Source of the DNA: an uncultured Acidobacteriota bacterium
GTDB lineage: Bacteria > Acidobacteriota > JAQAZP01
Length of the DNA stretch: 64,000 nucleotides
NCBI GenBank assembly: GCA_963836075.1
Contig: CAWIIB010000001.1
Coordinates: 1,824,001-1,888,000 of the forward strand
Direction: 5' to 3'
Shown: positions 18,294 through 28,500 of the stretch, one piece after another
Position numbering within the stretch: the first letter of the stretch is position 1
How the letters are laid out: every line of letters begins with the position of its first letter
Program-made: the position numbers and the translations under genes
The notes under the pieces: generated by a model
What the model was told of the DNA's origin: nothing
The model's input: only the letters and a program-made list of their open reading frames with translations
The model's database searches: none

Positions 18294-20105
18294 ATGCATC
18301 AAGGGTTCCGCAGCAACATCTCCGCCCTGATTCCGGCCGTGCTGGTGGGCTTCTGTCTCGCGCTGGCGGGCGCGGTCTGGGCCACGCTTCCCGACGCCCA
18401 CCTGTCCCACGGGATGTACTATCTGGCGGCACGGTCGGCGCTGCCCTGGTTCAACTTCACCGCCGCCATCCTCGTCTTCCTCACCGGCCTGGTGCTGGCG
18501 GAATCTATGGTGGTCAACCGGGCGGGACCGGGCAAAGTCCACCGGCAGCCGGTGATCGGAACCCCGGCCGGGGCCGCGGCCCTGCTCTTCATCGTTCTCG
18601 GGCGCTTCCTGCTGCACAACCTGCCCCTGCCCCGGCTGGTGCCGTTCCAGCGCCTGGCGGGCACCGTGGCCATCGTCATCGCCGCCGCCCTGCTCTGGTT
18701 TGTTCTGCACCTCATCTCCCGCTCGTCACGGGGCCGGATGCTCTCCTCCGGGCCGGTCCGCGCGGCGGCGGTTCTGGCCATCGCCCTCTTTTGCCTGCTG
18801 CAGCTCTACGGCCGCGGCCTGCTGCCGGTGCCCACCACCGGCGGGCCGAACCTGCTGCTGGTGGGAGTGGACACGCTGCGGGCCGACCACATGGGCTGCT
18901 ACGGCTACCACCGCGACACCACGCCGAATATCGACCGCTGGGCCTCCGGTGCCCTGATCTTCGAACAGTGCACCGCCTCCACGCCGCGCACCACCCAGTC
19001 CATGGCTTCGATTCTCACCTCCCGCTACCCCCGGGACATCGGGGTGCGCTACCTCTCGGACCGCCTGCCTCGGGAACAGCTCTCCCTGGCCGAGGTCCTC
19101 AGGAACCAGGGCTACAGCACCATCGCCGTCATCGCCACCGGCATCCCCCGCGGGAAGCTGGAGGACGGTTTCGACGTGGTGCTGGACACGGAGTCGGAAT
19201 GGACGGCGGCGGTGACCCTGGAGAAGACGCTGGAGCAGTTGGACAGGGTGAAGGGGAAGTATTTCCTCTTTGTCTTCTTCCGCGACCCCCACATGCCCTA
19301 TCGCCCCTCGCGGGTGGCCTTTGACACGGAGTATGAAGGCCGCTTCCAGCACGCGGCCGGCTACGTCCCGGACAAACAGAACTGCGTTTTCAACAACGAC
19401 TTCACCCCGCGGGAACGGGAGCATGTCACCGCGCTCTACGATTCGGAGATCCTCGACGTGGACCGGGCCTTTGGCCGGCTGCTGGAGGCGGTGGCGGAAA
19501 AGGGAGGAGAGACGATCACCGCCTTCTTCTCCGACCACGGCGAGAGTCTCGGCGAGCACGGCTACCACTATGACCACGGCGACTTGCTCTACCAGCCGGG
19601 CCTGCGGGTGCCGCTGATCATCGGCGGCATGCCGGTTGCCGCCGGACGAGTGGCCCGCCGGGTGCGCACCATCGACCTGGCGCCCACCCTGCTGGGCGGC
19701 ATGGGGATCGAGCTGCGCAACAGCCCCTTCCACGGGGTTGATCTGCGGCAGCACCACGGGCCCCTGCCGGCCTTCAGCGAGAGCGGCCATGCCATGATCC
19801 GGACGGCCTACACCAGCGGCAGACGCGTCCTCCCCGGCCTGCAGGGGCGGCTCCGCTCACTGATCCTGGGTCGGCGGAAGCTGATCTGCACGCCCACCCG
19901 TGACGGCTATGACTTCGAGTGCTACGATCTCGTGGAGGACGGGGAGGAAGTGGTGAACCTGGTGGAGAGCGGCGCCGGCTGCCGGGAGATGCAGGACCAG
20001 CTGCTGGACTGGATCGAGCAGGACCGGCCCAACTGGACCGGCCGGGTCAAGGTCTACGACGACGACACGCGCGAACGGCTGAGAAGCCTCGGGTATCTGG
20101 ACTGA
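18294..20105 (+). CDS. Membrane-anchored sulfatase-like protein
   Basis: Several N-terminal TM helices; NLLLVGVDTLRADHMGCYGY, DPHMPY, SDHGE and LRSLGYLD. Confidence 0.85.
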   Translation: MHQGFRSNISALIPAVLVGFCLALAGAVWATLPDAHLSHGMYYLAARSALPWFNFTAAILVFLTGLVLAESMVVNRAGPGKVHRQPVIGTPAGAAALLFIVLGRFLLHNLPLPRLVPFQRLAGTVAIVIAAALLWFVLHLISRSSRGRMLSSGPVRAAAVLAIALFCLLQLYGRGLLPVPTTGGPNLLLVGVDTLRADHMGCYGYHRDTTPNIDRWASGALIFEQCTASTPRTTQSMASILTSRYPRDIGVRYLSDRLPREQLSLAEVLRNQGYSTIAVIATGIPRGKLEDGFDVVLDTESEWTAAVTLEKTLEQLDRVKGKYFLFVFFRDPHMPYRPSRVAFDTEYEGRFQHAAGYVPDKQNCVFNNDFTPREREHVTALYDSEILDVDRAFGRLLEAVAEKGGETITAFFSDHGESLGEHGYHYDHGDLLYQPGLRVPLIIGGMPVAAGRVARRVRTIDLAPTLLGGMGIELRNSPFHGVDLRQHHGPLPAFSESGHAMIRTAYTSGRRVLPGLQGRLRSLILGRRKLICTPTRDGYDFECYDLVEDGEEVVNLVESGAGCREMQDQLLDWIEQDRPNWTGRVKVYDDDTRERLRSLGYLD

Positions 20106-21466
20106 TGAAACCGACACCGCACAACCGGTCAGCGGTCCTCCTCAGCATCCGGCTGGCGGCGCCGCTGCTGCTGGTGGGCTTCACCATCCTCTACATGACA
20201 TCCCTGGCCGGCAACGACCACCTGTTCAGGACCAGGGACAGCCTGTTCCACGCTGATTCCAGTGACTACGTGCTGGCCGCCCGCCAGCCCACCCTGGCCT
20301 TCGGTGACGTCGACTTCATGGAGCAGGACGGCTTCGTCCCCGCCGCCGACATGGCCCGGATCGGCCGGCTGGTCAACCGCTCCGCCCTGCTGAAAAAGGC
20401 GCGGAAGCACCCGCTCTTCTTCCCCGTCAACCACCTCTGCTACTCGGGTTTCAAGAAACTGGTCCGCCCCCTGCGGCCCGGCTGGACCATCGCCGACGAG
20501 CGCCGGGCACTGCTCTTCCCCTCCGCCCTGTTCGGCGCCCTGTCGGTGACCGGGCTCTACCTCTTCTTCTGCCGGCACAGCCGGGACCGCCTGCCGGCCC
20601 TGCTCTTCGCCCTGCTCTTCGGCTTCTCGCTGAGCAAGTGGATCTACTCCAGCCTGCCCGAGACCTACTCGCTGCAGATCCTGGTCGGTGTCGGCCTCAC
20701 CGCCCTGATCTTCCAGCTGCGCCGGCCGGGGTGGAGCCAGGCGCTGCTGCTGGCCCTGGCCACCGGCTTCGCCGTCCTGGTTGGGGTGAACAACATCCTG
20801 CTGGTGCTGCCCCTGTTCCTGCTCTTCCTGTTCAACAGGAGGCCGGGGCCCGGCCTGGCCTATGCCCTGCTCACCGCTCTGACAGTGGTCGGCGCCTACC
20901 TGCTGCTGGCCTGGCTGGTCAATCCCCTGCTCTCCTTCGGTGCGAGCGTCCAGATGGCCGGCGCCCAGGTGATCTCCCTCTCCGCCGGCAACCCGGCGCA
21001 GGTCTTCCAGCGGCTGATCTCCGTGGCCGGCAACCACTTCTTCTTCAGCATCGGCGCCATTCACGTGCCGCGGCCCGGCTTCACCCGTCCCGGGGCCCTG
21101 CTCTGCTACCTGCAGTCACCGCTGCCGGCCGTCTTTCTCCTCTCCTACCTGATCTTTCTCCTGCTGCTGGCCAAACAGCTGATCACCAGGGGCGCCCCGG
21201 TGCCCCGCGACCGCTGCCTGACTCTGGTCTGCTGGATGGCAGTGCACCTGCTCTTCTACTCGGTCTTCAACTCGGCGCAGCCGTTCCTCTACTCCTCCAC
21301 CTTCCTGGTGCCGCTGATCACCCTCTTCTTCTTCGGTTACAGCGGTGAGCAGGATGGTGAAACGCCGGGGAGGGACAGGCGGGACTTCAGCCGCGGCACA
21401 CTGATCCTGCTTGTGCTGGCCGTCTGGCTGGACAACCAGGTCTACGTGCTGACGTTTCTGCAGTGA
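20105..21466 (+). CDS. Polytopic membrane protein, possibly a GT-C-fold glycosyltransferase
   Basis: TGATG coupling to the sulfatase-like gene; many TM helices; DSSDY, KHPLF and PETY motifs reminiscent of ArnT/PMT-like proteins. Confidence 0.6.
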   Translation: MKPTPHNRSAVLLSIRLAAPLLLVGFTILYMTSLAGNDHLFRTRDSLFHADSSDYVLAARQPTLAFGDVDFMEQDGFVPAADMARIGRLVNRSALLKKARKHPLFFPVNHLCYSGFKKLVRPLRPGWTIADERRALLFPSALFGALSVTGLYLFFCRHSRDRLPALLFALLFGFSLSKWIYSSLPETYSLQILVGVGLTALIFQLRRPGWSQALLLALATGFAVLVGVNNILLVLPLFLLFLFNRRPGPGLAYALLTALTVVGAYLLLAWLVNPLLSFGASVQMAGAQVISLSAGNPAQVFQRLISVAGNHFFFSIGAIHVPRPGFTRPGALLCYLQSPLPAVFLLSYLIFLLLLAKQLITRGAPVPRDRCLTLVCWMAVHLLFYSVFNSAQPFLYSSTFLVPLITLFFFGYSGEQDGETPGRDRRDFSRGTLILLVLAVWLDNQVYVLTFLQ

Positions 21467-21994
21467 TCAGAACCCCACGCCCACGCCCACACGAAAGACC
21501 CACGGCGAGTCGTAGGGCCGGTAGGGATCGCCGCTGTCGTGCAACAAGTCATAGAGGATCGTGGCATTGAACGCCGCATGTGGTCCCATGGGCATGGAAT
21601 AGCCGCCGCCGCCCAGCAGGGCGTTGGCCGAGGTGCGAACCGTGTCATAGTCCAGGTCGATATACTCGTAGCTCAGATAGTCGTACTCCCCCTGGACGAA
21701 CAGCTGGGGGATCAGAAAGTAGCGCGCGAACAGCCCGCCGCCGTAGTCGCTGGTGGACAGCTCCGGAGAAAACCGGCTGTCATTGCGGTAGCGGTAAGTC
21801 AGCCGTATGCCCGTGGCCAGTTTCTCCATGGGGTAGATCCCGAAGGTGGGTGAAATTTCCACATAGTCGACAGTGCCGAAGCCGGCGCCGACCCAGCCGC
21901 CCCAGAACATGTTGTTCTTCCCCCCCTGCCCGGCGCCGGCCATCGAGCTGGCGGTGAGCAGGACAACAGCGACCAGCAGTATACGGCTTTTCAT
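21467..21994 (-). CDS. Small outer-membrane beta-barrel protein
   Basis: Signal peptide; alternating Gly/aromatic strands; C-terminal RVGVGVGF. Confidence 0.7.
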   Translation of the reverse strand: MKSRILLVAVVLLTASSMAGAGQGGKNNMFWGGWVGAGFGTVDYVEISPTFGIYPMEKLATGIRLTYRYRNDSRFSPELSTSDYGGGLFARYFLIPQLFVQGEYDYLSYEYIDLDYDTVRTSANALLGGGGYSMPMGPHAAFNATILYDLLHDSGDPYRPYDSPWVFRVGVGVGF

Positions 21995-22040
21995 GATCCG
22001 AACCTCCGTAATTGATGAACGGGTTCCGGGCAGGAGAAAA

Positions 22041-22116
22041 GGGGGACGTACATGAATTTATGACTTTTTCTGGATGTGCGATCTAAGAAAAAGTCATAAA
22101 TTCATGTACGTCCCCC
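22041..22116. repeat. AT-rich 76-bp palindromic element, copy 1 (31-bp perfect arms)
   Basis: gggggacgtacatgaatttatgactttttct-14 nt-agaaaaagtcataaattcatgtacgtccccc. Confidence 0.95.
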
Positions 22117-22124
22117 ATGCTAAC

Positions 22125-25100
22125 CTAGAACCTCCCGGCGGCCACAGTGGCGCCCTCGGTCAGCCCGGCAAAACTCTCCATCGCGGCCCAGGAGGTGACC
22201 TGACTGCCGTCGTAGCTGAAGACCGACACCGTGGTGCCGGCCGCCGGGTCCGGGCCCAGGCCGGCCACGATCTCGTCCCGGCCGTCGCCGTCCAGGTCGG
22301 CCCGGGCGCTGACCTTTGCCCCGAAGCGGTTCTCCGGCCAAGAGAAGGCGAAGAAGCTGAGGCCGGGCAGCGGGCTGATCCCGCTGCCGTCATGGTTCCA
22401 GCCGCGGACGTGGGCGCCGAAGACCGATCCCGGCCCGGGGCCGGTGACGATCTCGTCGATGCCGTCGCCGTCCACGTCGCCGCAGGTGACATTGACGCCG
22501 AACTGGTTCGTGCTGTAAGCGAAGAAGCTCACCGCGGAGATGGCCGTTGCGACGCCGCCGTCCACGTTCCAGCCCCGCACGTGGGGGCCGTAGACCGTGC
22601 CCGGACCGGCGCCGGTGACGATCTCGTCGTAGCCGTCGCCGTCGATGTCGCCGCTGCAGACGTTGACCCCCCACTTGGGGGTGCCGTAGGCGAAGTAGTT
22701 CACCCCGGACAGCGATGTCACCCCGGATCCGCCGTCATAGTCCCAGCCCCGCACGTGGGGCCCGAACACCGCGCCGGGGCCGGCGCCGGTGATGATCTCG
22801 TCGAAGCCGTCGCCGTCGATGTCGCCGGCAGCGGCGTTCACCCCGTACTTGTTGGTGCCGTAGGCCAGGAAACTGAGGCCGGGCAGCGGCGTGCCGTCGA
22901 GAGCGAAGCCGCGCACGTGGGGCCCGTAGATCGCCCCCGGACCGGCGCCGGTGAGGATCTCGTCCAGGTCGTCACCGTCCAGGTCGCCGGCAGCCACGTT
23001 GACTCCGTAGCCGTCGGCGCCGTACGCCGCGAACTCGTAGAGGTGCACCGCACCGTTCTCCGGCGGGAAGACCCGCACGTCGGGCGGGTTGGCCGCGGCC
23101 GGGCCGGGGCCGGTGATCACCCGCGGCGCGCTCAGGTCGCCGCCCGGCTCATAGAGCGGGCGCTCGTAGACGCCGTTGCCGTGGGTCGCCGCGCGGAGCA
23201 GCCGGCCCGGGGCGAAGACCTTGAGGTCGTTGATCATCGCCGGCCCCATCCCTTCCTGAAAGCGGTACCAGGTCTGACCGCTGTCCGGGGAGACGTAGAC
23301 CCCCAGGTCGCCGCCGACATAGACCACCTGCGGGTAGAGCGGGTCGACGATCACCGCCGAGGTGGGGATGTCGGGCAGGCCCTGGCCGATGTCGCTCCAC
23401 GTGTCACCGCCGTCGACGCTGCGGAAGACATGGCTGGTGCCGTAGCCCATGATGGTGGCGTAGACCACACTGCTGTCGGTGGGGTCCACGGCAAGATCGG
23501 AAATGTAGCGGTCGGGCAGACTGCCGGTGATCTCCTCCCAGTTGTTCCCGTTTATCGTGCGATAGAGACGAGGCCGGTCGTCATAGGCCGCGGTGGCGGC
23601 GAAGACCACGTTTTCATTGGAGGCGGACATATCCATGCAGATCGCCGGGTTGTCGCGGTTCAGCGGCTCCCCGCCATGGGTGGCCTCCCAGTCCCAACCG
23701 CCATTGGTGCTTTTGTAGACATGACACCGCCCGCCGTACAGCACGTCGGGATTGGAGGGGCTGAGCACGTAAGGGGCGATGAAGGCGTACGTTTCACCGC
23801 CGGTCACCGGCGGGTAGATCAGATTCCAGTAAGCACCGTCGTTTGAGGTGCGGTAGAGGTAGAGATACTGCCCCGAGTAATAAAAGATGTCGTCATCCTG
23901 CTGGTTCACAGCGGCCCAGGCTCCGTCCATGCCCTGCCACCGCTCCCAAGGCAGCTGGCCGCGGTAGCAGGCCGAGCCGTTGTCCTGCATCCCGCCGACG
24001 ATCTTGTCCCGGTCGGTGGCCGACATGGCCAGGCCGTTGTAAAACTGGGAGGTGACCAGGCCGCCGTTCAGGCTCTCGAAGGTGTCTCCTCCGTCGGTGG
24101 TCTTGAAGATCCCGCCGTCACCGGCGAAGAAGACGGTGTCCGGGTCGGTGGGATGCCAGAGGGCGGCATGCTGGTCGCTGTGGACATAGTGCGGGCCGCC
24201 AATGGGCCCCTCCGGCGGCGGCGTGCCGCTGAAAAACGAGGACCCGTCGCTGATTTCCGTCAGCGTTGCCCCCCCGTCGGTGGAGCGGTGGACCGCGATG
24301 CCGCCGGTGAAGAGGGTGTTCGCCTCGTGGGGGCTGGGCAACACGTAGTGCGAGTAGAAACCCTGCCACAACTGGTAGTCGGTGGCATTGACCTGCTGCC
24401 AGGTTTGACCGTTGTCGGTGGAGCGGAACAGCCCGAGGCCGTCCTCCGAGTTGGCGATGCTGGCATAGACCCGGTTGGGGGCCACGGGTGACAGGCCCAG
24501 TTTCGTCTTGCCGGTCCAGGAGACGGGAAGTCCGCTGGTCAGTTCGGCCCAGCTGCCGCCGCCGTCGGTGGAGCGGTAGATCCCCTGGCCCTCGGAGCCG
24601 AAGTTGCCGTGGGCGCTGAATACGGTGTCGGGATTGGTGGGGTGGATCCGCACGTCGGTGCCCATGATCACGTCGTGCACGAGGGTCCAGTCGCCGCCGG
24701 CATTGGTCGACTTGTAGATCCCCTCGGTGGTGGCGGCATAGACGATGTTCGAGTCGTCGGGGTGGATGGCGATCATCCAGACCCCGCGGTTCTGGTCGTA
24801 CGTCCAGTCGAGGCTCGAAGACCAGTTGGCCCCGCCGTCACTACTCTTGAGAATGCCGATGCCGTAGCTGCCGCGGGTCAGGCGGTTCAGCTCGCCGCCG
24901 TCGGAAGTCTGGTAGCGGTAGGCCTCACCGGTGCCGATATAGATCACGTCGCTGTCGGCGGGATCGAGGGCCACGGTGGCCACCGCCAGGACGGGGTAAC
25001 CCGTCTCCACCCGGTTCCAGGCATCGGCCCCCACCCCGCCCGTGGTGGACTTCCACAGCCCGCCGCTGGCGCTGCCGGCGTAGATGATCTGGGGATTGTC

Positions 25101-25424
25101 GGGGTCCACCGCCAGACACAGGGTGCGGCCGCCGATGTTGTTCGGACCGAGGCTGGTCCAGGCATCGTCGCCTCGGCCATCAGTTCCAGCGACCCGGGGC
25201 ATCCGCTTCGAATGCTGCCAGGCTCTGACATATCCATCCGCCGGAATGATCTTCCCGGGATAGGCTCGCTGGGCGGCCCAGGCATCGAGGGCCTGCATGG
25301 CTCCGCTGGGCCCATGTCCACCACTTTTTCCCCCGCTGCCAGCCGGTGGTAGAAGGAAGGCCAGGGCCACGGCAGTCAGAACCGCCGTCACCGCCCACAG
25401 GTGTCCGTCACTCATGCGTCTCAT
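22125..25424 (-). CDS. Secreted BNR/Asp-box (VPS10/glycosyl-hydrolase-like) propeller protein with C-terminal FG-GAP module, copy 1
   Basis: ATG 25424 with RBS GGGGAGG; many SxDGGxxW boxes; five GDxDGDG-type repeats; ends GATVAAGRF. Confidence 0.88.
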   Translation of the reverse strand: MRRMSDGHLWAVTAVLTAVALAFLLPPAGSGGKSGGHGPSGAMQALDAWAAQRAYPGKIIPADGYVRAWQHSKRMPRVAGTDGRGDDAWTSLGPNNIGGRTLCLAVDPDNPQIIYAGSASGGLWKSTTGGVGADAWNRVETGYPVLAVATVALDPADSDVIYIGTGEAYRYQTSDGGELNRLTRGSYGIGILKSSDGGANWSSSLDWTYDQNRGVWMIAIHPDDSNIVYAATTEGIYKSTNAGGDWTLVHDVIMGTDVRIHPTNPDTVFSAHGNFGSEGQGIYRSTDGGGSWAELTSGLPVSWTGKTKLGLSPVAPNRVYASIANSEDGLGLFRSTDNGQTWQQVNATDYQLWQGFYSHYVLPSPHEANTLFTGGIAVHRSTDGGATLTEISDGSSFFSGTPPPEGPIGGPHYVHSDQHAALWHPTDPDTVFFAGDGGIFKTTDGGDTFESLNGGLVTSQFYNGLAMSATDRDKIVGGMQDNGSACYRGQLPWERWQGMDGAWAAVNQQDDDIFYYSGQYLYLYRTSNDGAYWNLIYPPVTGGETYAFIAPYVLSPSNPDVLYGGRCHVYKSTNGGWDWEATHGGEPLNRDNPAICMDMSASNENVVFAATAAYDDRPRLYRTINGNNWEEITGSLPDRYISDLAVDPTDSSVVYATIMGYGTSHVFRSVDGGDTWSDIGQGLPDIPTSAVIVDPLYPQVVYVGGDLGVYVSPDSGQTWYRFQEGMGPAMINDLKVFAPGRLLRAATHGNGVYERPLYEPGGDLSAPRVITGPGPAAANPPDVRVFPPENGAVHLYEFAAYGADGYGVNVAAGDLDGDDLDEILTGAGPGAIYGPHVRGFALDGTPLPGLSFLAYGTNKYGVNAAAGDIDGDGFDEIITGAGPGAVFGPHVRGWDYDGGSGVTSLSGVNYFAYGTPKWGVNVCSGDIDGDGYDEIVTGAGPGTVYGPHVRGWNVDGGVATAISAVSFFAYSTNQFGVNVTCGDVDGDGIDEIVTGPGPGSVFGAHVRGWNHDGSGISPLPGLSFFAFSWPENRFGAKVSARADLDGDGRDEIVAGLGPDPAAGTTVSVFSYDGSQVTSWAAMESFAGLTEGATVAAGRF

Positions 25425-25511
25425 GGTCGCCCCTCCCCTGTTTTCAATAATGGCGGATCTATACCACGTATTGTAGCCGTACGAACCGGGGAATGTTTCC
25501 GGAAATTGTTT

Positions 25512-25585
25512 GGGGACGTACATGAATTTATGACTTTTTCTGAATGTGCGATCTAAGAAAAAGTCATAAATTCATGTACGTCCCC
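25512..25585. repeat. AT-rich palindromic element, copy 2 (30-bp perfect arms)
   Basis: Identical to copy 1 except one loop base and the outermost G; offset 3470 bp. Confidence 0.95.
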
Positions 25586-25594
25586 CATGCTAAC

Positions 25595-28500
25595 CTAGAA
25601 CCTCCCGGCGGCCACGGTGGCGCCCTCGGTCAGCCCGGCAAAGCTCTCCAGGGTGGCCCAGGAGGTGACCTGGCTGCCGTCGTAGTTGAAGACCGACACA
25701 GTGGTGCCGGCCGCCGGGTCCGGGCCCAGGCCGGCCACGATCTCGTCCCGGCCGTCGCCGTCCAGGTCGACCCGGGCGCTGACGTTGGCGCCAAAGCGGT
25801 TCTCCGGCCAGGAGAAGGCAAAGAAGCTGAGGCCGGGCAGCGGGCTGATCCCGCTGCCGTCATGGTTCCAGCCGCGGACGTGGGCGCCGAAAACCGATCC
25901 CGGCCCGGGGCCGGTGACGATCTCGTCGATGCCGTCGCCGTCCACGTCGCCGCAGGTGACATTGACGCCGAACTGGTTCGTGCTGTAAGCGAAGAAGCTC
26001 ACCGCGGAGATGGCCGTTGCGACGCCGCCGTCCACGTTCCAGCCCCGCACGTGGGGGCCGTAGACCGTGCCCGGACCGGCGCCGGTGACGATCTCGTCGT
26101 AGCCGTCGCCGTCGATGTCGCCGCTGCAGACGTTGACCCCCCACTTGGGGGTGCCGTAGGCGAAGTAGTTCACCCCGGACAGCGATGTCACCCCGGATCC
26201 GCCGTCGTAGTCCCAGCCCCGCACGTGGGGCCCGAACACCGCACCGGGACCGGCGCCGGTGATGATCTCGTTGAAGCCGTCGCCGTCGATGTCGCCGGCG
26301 GCGACGTTCACCCCGTACTTGTTGGTGCCGTAGGCCAGGAAGTTGAGCCCGGGCAGCGGCGTCCCGTCTACGGCAAAACCGCGCACGTGGGGCCCGTAGA
26401 TCGCCCCCGGGCCGGCGCCGGTGATGATCTCGTCCAGGTCGTCACCGTCCAGGTCGCCGGCGGCCACGTTCACCCCGTAGCCGTCGGCGCCGTACGCCGC
26501 GAACTCGTAGAGATGCACCGCACCGTTCTCCGGCGGGAAGACCCGCACGTCGGGCGGGTTGGCCGCGGCCGGGCCGGGGCCGGTGATGACCCGCGGCGAA
26601 CTGAGATCACCGCCCGGCTCGTAAAGCGGCCGTTCGAACACGCCGTTGCCGTGGGTCGCCGCACGCAGCAGCCGGCCCGGGGCGAAGACCTTGAGGTCGT
26701 TGATCATTGCCGGCCCCATGCCCTCCTGGAAACTGTACCAGGCCTGACCGCTGTCCGGGGAGACGTAGACCCCCAGGTCGCCGCCGACATAGACCACCTG
26801 CGGGTGGAGCGGGTCGACGATCACCGCCGAGGTGGGGATGTCGGGCAGGCCCTGGCCGATGTCACTCCAGCTGTCGCCGCCGTTCGAACTGCGGAAGACA
26901 TGGCTGGTGCCGTAGCCCATGATGGTGGCGTAGACCACGCTGCTGTCGGTGGGGTCCACGGCGAGGTCCGTGATGTAGCGGTCGGGCAGACTGCCGGTGA
27001 CCTCCTGGAAGGTGTCGCCGTTGGTGGTGCGGTAGACCCGCGCCCGGTCGGTGTTCGCCGCTGTGGCCACGTAGACCACGTTCTCGTCGGTGTCGGAGAT
27101 GGCCATGCACATCGCCGGGTTGACGCCGTTCAGTGTGCTGCCGCCGTGGATGGAGCTCCAGCCACTGCCGCCGTTGGTGCTCTTGTAGACCCGGGAGCGG
27201 CCGGCGTAGAGCAGGTCGGGACTGGAGGGGCTGAGCACGTAGGGGGCGATGAAGGCGGTGTTCTCTCCACCGCTCGAGGGCGGTTCAATCCAGTCCCAGT
27301 AACCGGAATCGTTGGTGGTGCGAAGCATTTGGAGATACTGCGCCGAACCGTAAAGGATGTTGTCGTTCTGCGGATTCACCGCGGCCCAGGAACCGTCGCC
27401 GCCGATCACCCGCTCCCAGGCCGGGCCGCCGCGGTAGATGGCGGTGGCGGTGTCCTGCATGCCGCCGATCAGCTTGTCCCGGCTGGTGGCCGACAGGCCC
27501 ACGCCGTTGTAGAACTGGGTGGTGATGTAGCCGCCGATCAGGCTTTCGAAAGTGGTGCCCCCATCGGTGCTCTTGAACACGCCGCCATCGGAGGCGAAAA
27601 AGATGGTGTTCGGGTCGGTGGGGTGCCAGGTGGCGTTATGCTGATCGGCGTGGGCGTAATCGGAACCACCGATGGGTCCTTCCGGGGGCGGTGTCCCGAA
27701 ATACATGCTGGTCCAATCCGACCGCCGGGAGAAAGAGCTCCCGCCGTTGGTGGAGCGGTGGATCTCGATGCCGGCCACGAAGACCAGGTTCACGTCAAAG
27801 GGGCTGGGCAGCACATAATGCGAGTAAAAGCCCTGGTATTGCTGGTAGTCATAGGAATAGGCCTGCGACCAGGTATCGCCGGTGTCGGTGGAACGCCAGA
27901 GCCCGCGGCCCGACTCGGTATTGCCGATGCTGGCATAGATCCGGTTGGGCTGCGGCAAGGTGATCGCCAGCTGGGTCTTGCCGCTCCAGGAAGCGGGCAG
28001 CCCGCTGGTCAGCCTGGTCCAGGACGTGCCACCGTTGGTGGTGCGGTAGATCCCGTGACCCTCGGAACCGAAGTTGCCGTGGGCGCTGAACACGGTGTCG
28101 GGATTGGTGGGGTGGATCCGCACATCGGTGCCCATGATCACGTCGTGCACCAGGGTCCAGTCGCCGCCGGCATTGGTCGACTTGTAGATCCCCTCGGTGG
28201 TGGCGGCATAGACAATGTTCGAATCGGTGGGGTGGACAGCGATCATCCAGATTCCGCGGTTCTGGTCGTAGCTCCAGTCGAGGCTGTGGGACCAGCTGGC
28301 CCCGCCATCACTGCTCTTGAGGATTCCGATACCGTAGCTGCCGCGGGTCAGACGGTTCAGCTCGCCGCCGTCGGAGCCCTGGTAGCGGTAGACCTCGCCG
28401 GTGCCGATGTAGATCACGCTGCTGTCGGCGGGATCGAGGGTCACACTGCTCACCGCCAGGATGGGGAAACCGGTCTCCACCCGGTCCCAGGCGTCGGCAC

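Noticed and set aside
25424-25523. N-terminal extension MYVPKQF... of BNR copy 1
   Set aside because: That ATG comes from the palindromic element. The paralogue alignment and RBS support ATG 25424.
22041-25586. The palindromes as CRISPR repeats or integron attC sites
   Set aside because: There are only two copies, 3.5 kb apart, with no spacers or cas genes. The nearby GTTAGC is on the wrong side for an attC following these genes, and no integrase is present.
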